From Trichosphaerium sp. ATCC 40318 (lineage: Eukaryota > Protista > Tubulinea): a stretch of DNA of 64,000 nt. Numbering within the stretch: position 1 is the stretch's first letter; each line of letters starts with the position of its first letter. The stretch lies in assembly GCA_038496445.1 (NCBI GenBank), contig JALMLS010000420.1, positions 558,001 through 622,000 on the forward strand, given 5' to 3'. The notes beneath the pieces are model-generated. The model was not told the DNA's origin and searched no databases. It saw only the letters and a list, made by a program, of their open reading frames with translations. Shown here piece by piece: positions 24,549-36,930 of this stretch. Both the position numbers and the translations under genes were made by a program.

Positions 24549-27481
24549 TTATGTGTTATCACTGAATTCATTCTTACAAGGTGAAATATTCCGCTTCAAG
24601 AAGCGTAGTATCTCTGAAAATACCAACTTTTTGTTGTCGTATAACGTTACACCATGACCTTCATCTTCAAGTCTTAACAGACGACAAGGTACTCGATCCT
24701 GTATAATATCATAAAATTGTTCTGCTTCTGTAATAGGCACGCGCTCATCCATAGCACCTGACAAACAAGTTAGAAAACAATTTTTTGCATAAGTAAGAAA
24801 AAAAAAGGAAAAGCGAATACAAGTGGAACGAGGTTCTTGCGATACTGAGCATAAAATACAAAAAAGGAAAAGTTAATACCATAAATCATTAGAAGAGGAG
24901 CCTTCAAGTTTTCAGCCTTGTTGATGGGACTTATCATTTGTAGTACATCCAAGTCATGTTCAAGTGATCCATATTCTTTTTCACGTTTTGCACGCCTCCA
25001 AGATGCAGTGTTCTTGAGGAACGAGACATAGTTCGTAACTGTTCAGCAATTAGAAGGCAATACCACAATACCACCACAAACAAATCAGTTCGTACCTCCA
25101 CACATGCATATGCCGGCATCAAAAGCATCAGGGAACTGAGTCAAGCAGCTAAGTGTAGCAAAACCACCGTAACTAAAAAAACGTGGTAAGTATAGTTTAA
25201 CGCAAACTACTGTTTGTAAAATCTAACGTCTTAGGTACCTTCCACCCATAACGCAAACTTTGTTGCCCATGTCGTTGTCGTGTATTCTTAGGTGTTTTGC
25301 AAGACATTTTATATCTTGTATAGCATTCAAACGTAATTCTTTATCATCAAGAGCGAGGTACTTCCTTCCGTATCCTTTCAATAAGTTAAGGAGGTTTTTT
25401 TTGAGCTATTACGAACCTGCGCTTCCTCTGATATTGGGTACAACTACAGCGTAATCCATAGCAAGAAGGAATTGCACTCGAGGTTCAAATTGACATTTCG
25501 CTTGTTTTTCAGGGCCACCATGTACCATTATAATGACAGGGAACCCTTCTACAGGGCGTTCCTTTGCTTTCTAAGAGGTTTTTTTTTAGTTTTTGTTTCA
25601 TGAAATAAAGCGCAACTCTTACCGGTATGTACCGCCAGTATGGTACTTTCAAGTCATCAAAACTATTAAAGTCCCTAAGAGAAGGACATACAAACCGTGT
25701 TTGATCTAAGCCTCCGGTGTGTACATCAGTGAGTTGCCAAAATTGTATCTAGAGAAACAGCTGTTAGCAACTTCATTTGATTATGTTACTTACATTTTTT
25801 GTTCTTGTGCTTGCTACCCAGATATTGCATGGTAAAGTAGGTGTAGTAAACGATACTGCAATAAGATTTCCATCGTCACTAATACTTATAGGATCTGTCC
25901 AACACCTTGAATCCGCAGAATACAACATTCCTTCAACAGGCAAAGGTACTTTTGTTATCAGGCTTTTTCCTGAAATTTCTATTGTCGCCCTATACAAATC
26001 AATCACGTACAGCGCTAGATATAATTCTAGCATTGCGCTCTAAGGTACCTGTACAAGTTCATAAATCCGTTAATATTCTGACAAAAGAACACAAGATTGT
26101 AACCGAAGTAAAAATCACGCCGAAGAATAACAGTTTCGGGCTCAATTTCGTAGCTAGGATCGACACCCTGAATTTCATTAATACATTAGCATTAAACACA
26201 TGTTTGAGTTTAGAATAAAAAGCCGTGTACCTCAACAAAGGTTAACGTATTATTTTTAGTGTTAACAACCGCCAAACTCATCTTGTCACGTGAGAAATCT
26301 GTTGATGAATTTAGTGTTGTTGGCTTTCTTTACAAATTTTTGTACCTGTGCACACTAGTATATGATCTTCGTCCATCCATCCGACACCATACCATCTCCA
26401 TTCGTCTGTAGACTCTTTGGATAGTTGTTCTGATGACCAACTCTCTTCCTTCTTCATGACATCGTAAAGAACAAGGTTTTGATTGACATTACTTATTGTT
26501 ATTTCAATCAATAAGAATTTATCTTCTAAACTCGCACTAACTTTTGGTATAGACCGATGAATACTTGGTGTATACCTAAAGGAGAATATCAAAACGCCAG
26601 AAACCGAAACGGTTCAAAGAGGTTGATCAATCGCCAGAATGCTAGTTTCAATAAAATTGCGCTAAAACACGTGTTCACAAATTATACGTACACAAGTTGA
26701 GCAGTGTTCTTGCGAACAGGTATACGCCATCTGTAGATGGAGAACTGAGACTTCATGTCAATATTGGCTCGAAAATACATGTATCTATTAGACGCTAATA
26801 GTAGATTGTGTCTTAGTGTTTGCAATAATAATACTGTATTTAAGTTTGTACTTACTATGCGAAATTATATGCTTTGCTGCTCTGTCTGTTGTTATAAGAC
26901 GAGAGAAAACATTTGTGTCACTTGACACTTCATTGTCAATGATACCGATTTGAAATGCTTCGTTTCCGTTCATGTCAGTGTGATACACAACAGTACCTTT
27001 TATCTAGGGTTAGTTTAACGTAGAAATCAGAACTTATTAGCACCGTCTCGAAGAAAGTATGGTTGAGTGCATCGCTACGATGGATTTTAGATAGTGCAAA
27101 GAAAACTGGAGTTTTCGTGCGTACCTGTGTACTGAACGTTGTCCTGGTTGGCCACTATTAATCCTTTAACATCCTGGTCGGATAACAAGTTAATATTCAA
27201 GCCTGTACCATTGGCCGTCGAACTTCTGGATCCTAATAACGTTATACTCAATACCGTAGAGTAGGTTGTTTGGTGTGTACCACCATAATACTCCAAATCT
27301 GAAATTTGCCTTCATCTGAATCATAGCAGAAGCAGAGCTCGTATGGGCCATCCTTATGCGTAGAAGTATTAGTTTTTCCACTGTTTCTACCGATTTAGAA
27401 GCTTTTTCGCACTTTTGTAGGATTGAACGTTGGTCCTCCCGCTCTTTCTGTACGAAGATATCTTCCTCCGTTGTTACCCAT
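24549..27481 (-). CDS. S9 family serine peptidase (prolyl oligopeptidase/acylaminoacyl-peptidase type; beta-propeller + alpha/beta hydrolase)
   Basis: Start MGNNGGRYLRTERAGGPTFNP; MVHGGPE, PNIRGSAG; catalytic GGSYGG (split by an intron), GAMDERVP and EDEGHG give a full Ser-Asp-His triad. Confidence 0.9.
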
Positions 27482-27673
27482 GTTAACGTCTTAAGAAATA
27501 CAGATATTTTAAGGTCTTGTCTTCTTTTGTAACGAACGTCCAGCTTAGCCTTTACCTGCTGTTCAACAATAGGATTTTGGTGGCCAAAACCATCTGAACA
27601 TCTTATGATTTTGAACAATAGTGTTTGCTTGTCAAAACATTTTTATAGTTTTTACACTCTACAAGGGCACCTC

Positions 27674-30600
27674 ATGCTTACTAAAAGTTCATCAAAGGGT
27701 GCATTGCCAATGTCTAAAGTTCAAATAGACATTTTGGTTCTTTCGGACCATCGAACGATGAAAAAGACAAATTCATTGCTTCATATCTTTGCAACGCTTG
27801 CGAAACATCCAAGCATTGGATCCGTAAGTATTGCAAGTCGAGGAAACCGAGAAAACAAGGACTTTTTCTACAACTATGGCGGACACGAGTTGGTTGTTCA
27901 GAGCGTAAAGGATTTATCAACGGAAGACTACTTGGATCAAACAAACTGCTGTAGCGCATCGGTAGTACAAAATTACCTAGCGTCAATACCCCTAACACAG
28001 TTTGTAGCTACTCGATTATGACTTTGTTTTTAACCGGTAAGTTGTTTCTTTTTCTAGACAGTATTTTTATCAAAGTCTCCATTTGCTGTTTTCAAAAAAA
28101 AACATTTCCGCGTGATAGCACGTGCAAGTATTTTTTGTGCATTTTTTTTGCCTAATTTTCTTCCTTTTTCAGCCTTTCAAGACCAGTCGCTGATGCATTC
28201 TACGATTTTTTGCACCAATTTATCAATACTGAAAATATTATAAATAACGCTGCAGGCGCACGACTTTGTGGTACGTCATTACATCCCCGAAATTGTTTCT
28301 TGAAAATAGAAAAAAAACAAACAATCAACTAAAATATTCTTCAGGATCAAAAGTGTATCTTCTTAAATTCCCGCAACTAACAACGAAAACAATCCTATGT
28401 AAAAATGTAGAAGATGTCAAATCGTTTTTTGAAGAGCATAAAGACGGTACAAAGTGAAGTTATTATCAAGCTGATTATGTAATACAGTTGGTATTGTGCT
28501 AAAGCCTCTAAATGATGGAGGAGGCAGAGGCCTTGTATCTATTAAATCGACTGGCGTATCACTGGAAGGTATGCAACTAAGTTTAAGCTCAATAGATCAT
28601 CACTGAGTTCGTTGCTAGGAAAGAAATCGCTGGGCCTGAAAGAGTTTTGGCCCATTCTTTCAAAACAGCTAGAATCAGAGCATATGATTGCTATGCGCTT
28701 CTTAAAAAATGTTGGACAAGGCGACAAGAGAGTGCTTGTTGTTAATGGCGAGATTGTTGGACAATCATTGCGTGTACCAAAGAAAGGTAACTGGATGTGC
28801 AACGTTTCTCAAGGAGGCAGTGTTGAGGCATGTGATGTTAAACCTGAAGAAGTTGTTATATTCAAAACACTTTGGGAAGATCTTTCTAAGCATGGTATTG
28901 TCATGTTCGGTTTTGATACTCTTGTTGGAGATGATGGTAAAAGAGTACTGTCAGAAATTAATCCAGGGTATGTATTTTGTAAAATACTCAGTCACGTGAT
29001 GTTAATTTTGTTGAAGAAACGTTGGTGGGTTTGTAAATGGCTTACCAAGCAATGAAGACACTTTATCAAAAACAAGCAAATTGCTTGCTAGCCATATGCT
29101 CAATATAATGAGAGGTCATGTAGAACACGGTATTGATATAGTAAAGCTTGTGACATACTATGGTCGCAACAGGTATGTTTTTGAAATCTTTACAACGTTC
29201 TGACAAGAATAGGTTTTTTGAAAGACAAGTTGTAATGGTCCTTATTGAAACAAGTCAAGTTGAGGACTTGTACATCAAAAATCGGGCCAATATTCTAAAG
29301 AGGCTACGATCAGAGTTTCTCGGATTTGAAGCTAAAGATAATGCTAACCTTGGAGACGTTACAGCGTGCCTTGGTGTTGCACTTCAAGTGCGAAAAAACA
29401 ATCGTAGTTTATCCTTTATTGTAACTTTTTAAATTAGAGTGCACGTGTAAGTGTTGCTAAGATGTATTGGAATTCTTTAAAAACAAAAATACAAGATAGT
29501 GACTATCAAGTAATTTTTGAGTACGAAGATGTTCCAGAAATGGGTGCGTAACACAAACTTTATAAAGGGGTTTTTTCTTCGTTTTTGAACATTATTGCTT
29601 CTGTGAGACAGTTTCTTACTTGCGTTTAGGAAAGTTGATCGCACGAAAGACTGTGGCGATACTCAATCTTCTTGTTACTGACTGTAACGCTTCTTTTGAT
29701 GGAATCGATAGCAAGTTTCCTATTAGTAACTATTTTCTTGGTCCAACTGTTCGTGCTATTGCTCTAGAAGCATCAAGGAACAATATTCCGTTTTCAAGAC
29801 TTGCCAAAACAAGTCAACTTATTCAGCTCGGTACGTGATACAATAACTCCGCCCGGCACCATATTAGGTTTGTTATTCTGAGTTTATCTTTAGGCCAAGG
29901 TTGTAAATCAAAGTGGTTTCGAACACTTGGTTCTTTCAACAGTAACATGAGCAACGAAATATCCGACAACAAAGAAACAACAAAGAGAATTCTTGCTAGT
30001 GTTGGTATCCCTGTACCACGTGGTCTTGTTTGTTCAAATTTGGCTGATGTGTTGGCTGCAAGTAATAAGCTTGGATGGCCTCTCGTCACAAAGCCAACCG
30101 ATTCTAAGGGAGGCAATGGTATCACTGTTGATATAAACGATGAAGAAAGTCTCAAGCAGGGTAAGTGCTTACCGTACTAGATCGTTGCATAGATTTACGA
30201 CTAACAATTAACTAGGGTATGAATTCGCTTTGCAGTTCTCTGCCAAAGTAATTTTGGAGCGTTATGTCAGAGGAAACGACTATAGAGTTTTAGTTGTATA
30301 CGACGAAGTCGTAGCAGTTACGCACAGGCTACCAGCTTTTGTGGATGGTGCGTACCCTGAGAAGTATTTTTGATTGGACTGGTACTAACAATGGCTTCAG
30401 GTAATGGTGTTAACACAGTCCAAGAGCTCATAGAAATAACAAACAAAGATCCAAGACGAGGACAATCTCATGAGAATGTTCTTACTAAGATTAAGATCGA
30501 TGGACCTCTTATTTCAACGTTAAAGAAGCAAGAAATGGATTTAAATACTGTTCCAAAAGATGGATTGCGAGTGTGGGTGAAAAGTACTGCTAACTTGTCA

Positions 30601-32558
30601 ACTGGTGGTAAGTCTTAGCTTATTATGTTTGACTTGAAAACTGGAGTAATGCATTTTAGGTGTCGGTATTGATGTGACCGACAGTATTCACTACCAAAAT
30701 AAAATTTTGTGTTTGCGTGCAGCTAAAGCAATTGGTTTAGATGTTACTGGAATTGGTGAGTGCAAGGAGAATGCAGTTCTTTTTTTCTCAGTTTTTTCCA
30801 CTTTTTTTTACATGCGTATTTGGTGCTTACTGTTTCGCAGATATTCTCACCACTGATATTTCTCAACCAATAACAGAAATCGGGGGTGTTATTATTGAAG
30901 TTAATTCAAGGCCTGGTACAAGAATGCACTTATCCCCATATCAGGTACGATCAGCTTGTTTGTTGGGTTTTTTATCGTTTTTTTTAACCTTATTTTCAGG
31001 GAAAACCTCGTGATCCAACGCCAAAAGTAATATCTCACATGTTCCCATCATTATCCGCTCGTATTCCTATAGTTGCCATCGCAGGTAGTTTGGGAAAGAC
31101 AACAACCGCAAAGATGGTTCAGCATATCCTACAGTACGCCAATTTTATAAAAACCACCTTCAAAGTCACTCCAGCTTACCATCTTCCATAGGAACACAGC
31201 TTATAATGTACGCTTAATTCTTGGAATATCAATGGTCGTAATTCAATGTTTGTTGACTCTTGCTAGGTCGGAATGGCTGTCACGGATGGTATTTTCGTTC
31301 AAGGAGTTCAATACCAGACAAGAAGCGCTCATGATTCTTGGGGTGCAAAGACGATTCTTAGAGATCCTACAGTCACTATTGCTTTACTTGAGCTTTCTCC
31401 AGATACAATCCTAAAGCAAGGATTGGTATACGGAGAATGTGATATCGCTGTACTTACAGGCATAAATGATAACTCCGAACTCCTAAAAAAAACAGCTCTT
31501 GGAACTGTTTCTGAGCCTTTGGAAGGGTTAGTATTGAAATCACTGAAACCTGAAGGAAGCACAGCTGTAGTAGATATTGATAACGATGAAATGGGATCTT
31601 TGATTAACGTACCAAAAGACTATCTTGAAAAACTCCCACTTAACAGCTACCACTAGAATTATCCTGGAGTAAACTTTATTTACATAACGACTAATCTCGA
31701 TCACCCTCTTCTACAGACCCAGGATTTTATTGAGAACGGAACTGCTGTTGTTGTAAGAGATGCCTCTATCTGTATTATGAAAGGCACAAAGGTCACACAG
31801 GTATTTAGCAATAGGACCTTCAACACTTACTGTTTCAGTTTTTCTCATTTTTTTTGAAGGTAATTGATTTGAAGCTCATCCCTGCAACGTTTCATGGAAT
31901 TCTTGAAGTGAATGTCTATAACTGTTTGTCAGCATTCGCTACTGCTTATGCTCTGGGTATACGTGTCGAAAAGATAAAATATGCGTTGAATTCCCTTCGA
32001 ATTCAAGCTATCCCTGGAAAGATGAACATCTTCTCTTATGTAAATGGTTCACATATCTTGGTGGACTCTCCGTCTTCGTTGACAGCAATTTCTGCGTTGG
32101 CGAAGTTTGTACAGCGTATGAAGACTGGCCCTTTGAATGTAAGTCATGCCACCAAAGATGTCTAGTAGTACTAACAAGCTTATTTAAGGTCGTTAGAGCA
32201 ACAATTTTAAGTGCACTTTCGACAAACTTGACAACCAAGTTTATTGAGATTTACAGTGCCAAGCTTTCTCAAGTGTTTGATAAGGCTTTGGTAGTCACAA
32301 GTGTTGCTCAAAACAAGTACATTGAGATGTTACCTAACAATACACCTAACGTATGTATCATTGTAAAGACTTACATTCTTTGGCTTATACCTTTTTTTAC
32401 AGGCACCAACAGTTGTGTTCATGAAAGCTTCTTTGGAAAGCTCGATCACTTACAGCTTGGATATGCTAAGAGGAAACCAAGAGTTATTAGTAGTCATGAC
32501 AGATAGACCTTCAATAGTCGTTGAAATGCTTGAAGATACATGTGTTCCTTTATCTTAA
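27674..32558 (+). CDS. cphA: Fusion of GshB-like ATP-grasp ligase with cyanophycin synthetase-like protein (N, G/ATP-grasp and degenerate M/Mur-ligase domains), multi-exon
   Basis: GshB-like: VLKPLNDGGGRG, GQGDKRVLVVNGE, WMCNVSQGG, GFDTL...LSEIN. CphA-like: LGPTVRAI, QLGQG, DNKETTKRIL..GIPVPRG, PLVTKP, GNDYRVLVV, NKDPRRGQSHENVLTKI, TANLSTGG, IEVNSRPGTRMHLSP, RIPIVAIAGSLGKTTT, ILRDPTV. The junction is stop-free inside one exon (about 29017-29172). Confidence 0.88.
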
Positions 32559-32714
32559 TCCAAATGAAGAAAAAAAAAGAAACTCTTGCTTGTAAATAAA
32601 ACCTATAACTATGACTTACTATATTTGTGAGAATGCTATGATACCTTCGCATTTTCTTTCTGTTTTTACATTTATTATCAGCTGTACACAATTAGGGCTT
32701 TTAGTTCTCCACTT

Positions 32715-34569
32715 CACAAGAACAAGTGTTTTGACCTTACTTTAAGAATTCTAAGGAACCACAGTGAGTAAAAAGTTTATGTGGAGTGGATTATAGTTAC
32801 CTCTGTATAGAACGTTTGTTTCTTTCATTAGAGAAGTCGTCAAGTGACCAATCTAACTCTGGATAATATCTTTTAAGTAATTTTGGCATTAGTATTGTAA
32901 ATGTTCTTCCTTTATAGTCACACAGCTGCTGATATGATACACGACACCTAAAGCAGTGAATTAATTTCATTAAGCAAAATGTGAGTCATACCAATCACGT
33001 GGGTTTGATATATTCAATGATAACTCAAGTTCCCTTATATACCTTCTCACGTTGTTCCATTTACCCCAAAAGTTATGTCTATAAGAGAATGAGATCATGT
33101 GTGACATGTAAACGGGCTCCCGTGACATACTTGACTGGGTATTGTGAGTCATACCACGTATACTCAGGGTAGGCGACTTTTAGTACATCACGCATGGAAC
33201 TGTACCTGTACGCACGTTCAATGAATGTAAAGGAAAAAATTCTAAACATACCTTCTACGAAGGTGATACCCTCCATACTTTTGTACTACTTTCCATGATG
33301 ACTTGTCGTACCAATCTGATAATATCCGTATGTTAAGTCGACTACCAATATCGTCAAGCAAGGCACGATAGTGTAAACCATTCTTCTCCTGAAGCGACAA
33401 TGAAGCGTTTTTGTTCGCAGACCTTATTTTTTGTTAATTTTTACTGTGAAAAGACTTCAATGTAAATTTGTACCGTAGTGACCTCCAATCATGCCCAGGG
33501 TACATCTTTTCAAGAGCCTTATCAATGTTACCACCGTATCTTTGAATCTGATTAGAAAAGAACTACAACAAAAAACGAAGTTGATTGTACTTGTGATTGA
33601 CTATGGTGCCTACACCACATTCTGCTTTTGCCAGTATCTCGCTTGGAACCTTTACCCAATCCAATAATATCTTCACACCCTTTTCACGCCCAAGTTTATC
33701 AAAACGCATACGTTGATTGTCAATACTATCCCAATACCTTTGAGGTGCATTCCTTTATCCAAAAATTAGTTTCAAAACAAAAAGTTCTACTCAGTACTTG
33801 AATCTCCATGCTTCCCAGTTATGTTTAGAAAAGTTTGATTGCATTAAGTTGTACAAAGAGTGGTTATACCTTGATTGAAGTGTAAGTAAATCATAAAAGG
33901 GAACAGAGTTATCGACTCTAATACAAAAAAAAATCATACTTGTTTAGTAAAGTACCACCATTTGCTCTTGCAAAGTCTTCAGTGCTAATGTCATACCACC
34001 CACCAAGCTCTTTTATACCAAAATCACGTGCAATTGCATTTATGAGGGATATTCTGTTTGCTTTGATATCTAAGAAGCCCTCCTTTGTCTTGCTAATACG
34101 TGCAAAAAAAATTTAATAAAATAGTTTTATTGCTCTTCAAAAAAAAGTGGAGTACGTACTTGAATCGCCACGGGATCCATTCAAAGTCAGGGTACAGTAC
34201 TCCAAGTGTATCTGGTATAGAAGAGCTGTATCTACGAACACCTTAATTACGCTGATACACAGATGTGACGCTTTTTTTTTGGTTTGTACTTTTTTACAAT
34301 TTCTAAGGCTTCGTTTGCATCTTGTTTGGTGAAGGTAGTATTGTACCAATCACCGATTAAATGAACACGAAGTGCTTCAGCAGTATTCTCGAACACTTGG
34401 TGTTGGTTGCGTAAGATTTCAGGTGTCACTGAGATCAACCGGACTGAAACGTCGTTTTTTCGCGTGTCTACGTTTAATGGTAAGTTACAGAGTGCATGGC
34501 ATCAATTAATCGCTTACTTGACCGTGATATTGTACATTTGGTTGTTAAAGGGCGTAAAATAACACTCAT
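32715..34569 (-). CDS. Trp-rich helical-repeat protein (DWY.../YP..W..W.F/YWD...NQR repeats), apparently lacking the C-terminal nuclease domain
   Basis: Repeated units: GDWYNTT, YPDFEWIPWRF, YWDSIDNQRMRFDKLG, LSDWYDK, FWGKWNNVRRYIRELELSLNISNPRDW; 3' end uncertain. Confidence 0.7.
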
Positions 34570-34934
34570 ACGTTCATTAATGCCAATAAAGCGTATGAAC
34601 GCCTCGTTGGTCCGTTAGTTCGTTAAATTATTACAAACTGTTGTAATAAAGTGTAAACCTAGCCATCCCTTAGGCAATAGGACGTATCAAATGATTGGTG
34701 TAAACTGACAAAGTCAGCATTTTTCACAAAATACCCACCTCGGATTTTCATTATCCTTACCATCGGAACCGGAAATATTTATTTTACCAAATCAGCCAAA
34801 ATATAGCATTGCCACTGTGCACGGTATAACCAGTGGTTAACTCAAACATCTAGAAATCAGTTAATTGACCACATTAAATTTTTGTATTCATAGCGTAGAC
34901 TGTAACATCGGTAGAACCTATTGTTGTTAACAAC

Positions 34935-36283
34935 TGAAAGTTCAAAGCTGAGAGTATTTCGAGCAAAACAAGCTCTTGATCCTACACCTGAACACGAATT
35001 TAAGCGTGGATCTTTGCTAGCCTGTGAATGAACATTTATTTATTTTATTCAAAGGGCTTGTACTAGCGGTTTTGGCGCTAGGGATACAGAGCAGTTTCAC
35101 TAGTGTACTATTATAGCATGGTAAGAAAAGTATTTTGACATGCCTTTTTTGGTTACAATAAAATGACTGAAAACTTTCAATATTTTGTTTAAAACGGTCT
35201 TCTTTTTTTTAGTAAGGTTAAAAAGACTGAAGTTTGTCCATCACTGACTCAAAGAGATCGCGGTGGTTTTATTTTTCCGTTGAACGGTAATAGTTATGCC
35301 CCATATCATGAGTACTACATCACGTGATTGTACAGCATATTTTAAAGTGATAGGAAAAGTGTAGTTTTTTGTTGTACGATATTTTTACGGTATCGTACAT
35401 GTCCTTACATAGGTAACCACGTGTTACACGTAACAGTATTGAATCTAAACTGCAGGACAAAATCAACGGAAAAACTCGTCGTGCACACTTTATTGTGTAC
35501 TATCTTTACTAGCACAAATCGGCTAAACACATACAAGCAACAACAGATAAAACAATGAAGCTATTGATACTTGTGGTCGCACTGCTGACCTCACAAGTAC
35601 GTAATTGTCCGTATCGCACCCTGACCAATGATACAACAAAAAGGTCTTATCGCAGAACGCTCCTGGTAAGACTGAAGCTGAAACATTCATTGGATTTAGA
35701 GATACAACAGCTGGAAACACAGGTACTGTACAAAGTCGAAGAGGATTTTGTTATGCTCTCGAACACCAAAAAGTAATTTTGTTTTGAAAAATGGATCAAA
35801 GATCACAAAAACCAACTAGCGCTTGTTATTTTTAATATCGCTTAACACTACGATAGGCGGCCAATCTTGTGGCGCTACTCAAAGTGGAACGAATCTAGTG
35901 GATCTAGAATTGACATCCGACAGCGGTGGTGGTTGTAATGTTGGTTGGATAGCAGCTACTGAGTACCTTGAGTACCGCATAAGCTTTGATCGCACAGATA
36001 GCTACATAATAAGAGCACGTGTTGCTTCAGGGCGATCTGGTACAAAGAACATTCAAGTGCGCGTTGACGGTATCTTGAAGGGTACCATATCTGTAGGAAA
36101 CACTGGAGGTATGTCTAAAAACCAAAGTAGAAACCCAAGAAAAGCTGTGATACTAAACTTTAAAAAAGGTTGGCAATCATGGCAAACTAGGTCTGTCAAT
36201 ATCGGTCACATGTCATCTGGAATAACAACTGTTCGATTAACCTTTCAACAAAGTAATCTTAACCTCAACTGGATACAATTTGA
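34935..36283 (+). repeat. Local segmental duplicate of about 20025-21731 (upstream region plus CBM6 exons and introns)
   Basis: Near-identical blocks, e.g. TGTGTACTATCTTTACTAGCA...CACATACAAGCAACAACAGATAAAA and the exons/introns through GGATACAATTTGA; patchy similarity further upstream. Confidence 0.9.
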
Positions 36284-36299
36284 TAGGCTGTTCTTGTAA
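35555..36299 (+). CDS. Stand-alone secreted CBM6 protein (truncated paralogue of the 21008 gene; could be a pseudogene)
   Basis: Same exon structure as 21008-21731; ends NLNWIQFDRLFL* exactly at the CBM6 boundary. Confidence 0.75.
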
Positions 36300-36456
36300 T
36301 TAAGTCACGTCACTAAGACGGAGAATAAAGTTAACCTTTGTCCCTATCGTTCGGACTTCCATGCTTCTTACAGTGGGGACACTGAGCAGTTTTAAACGCC
36401 TTATTTACGCACGCAGTTTATGACATACAGCATTACAATGAATCACAGGAAAGCAC

Positions 36457-36908
36457 GATACCAATCACGTGGGTTTGATATACTCAATGATAACTCAAGT
36501 TCTCATACCTTCTCACGATGTTCCATTTAACCAATTACTTTTGCTATCTAAGAAGCTCCTTTGTCCTACTTTCACGTGCAAAAAAATTTGGCTTGTTCTT
36601 CAAAAAATAGTACGACACGGACTGAAACGTAGTTTTTTCGCGTATCTACGTTTAATGGTAAGTTACAGAGTGCATGGCATCAATTGGTCGCTTACTTGAC
36701 CGTGATATTGTACATTTGGTTGTTAAAGGGTGTAAAATAACACTCATACGTTCATTAATACAAGCAAAGCGCATGAACGCCTCGTTGGTTTGTTAGTTCG
36801 TTAAATTATTACAAACTGTTGCAATAGAGTGTAAACCGAGCCATACGTCTCAGGCAATAGGACGTATCAAATGATTGGAGTAAACTGACAAAGTCAGCAT
36901 TTTTCACA
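36457..36908 (-). pseudogene. Deleted relic copy of the 32715-34569 repeat gene and its promoter
   Basis: 36457-36530 matches about 32988-33063; 36545-36606 matches about 34068-34145; 36618-36908 matches about 34439-34728. Confidence 0.8.
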
Positions 36909-36930
36909 AGAAAACAGTTACAACCTCGCA

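Noticed and set aside
27190-27618. 142-aa minus-strand ORF as a separate gene
   Set aside because: It overlaps the first exons of the S9 peptidase in another frame
27674-31050. Calling the fusion GshF/GshAB bifunctional glutathione synthetase
   Set aside because: The N-terminal module is an ATP-grasp (GshB-like), not a glutamate-cysteine ligase, and CphA N and M domains are present
21008-32558. Bacterial contamination or operon
   Set aside because: All three genes contain numerous GT-AG introns matching the host style
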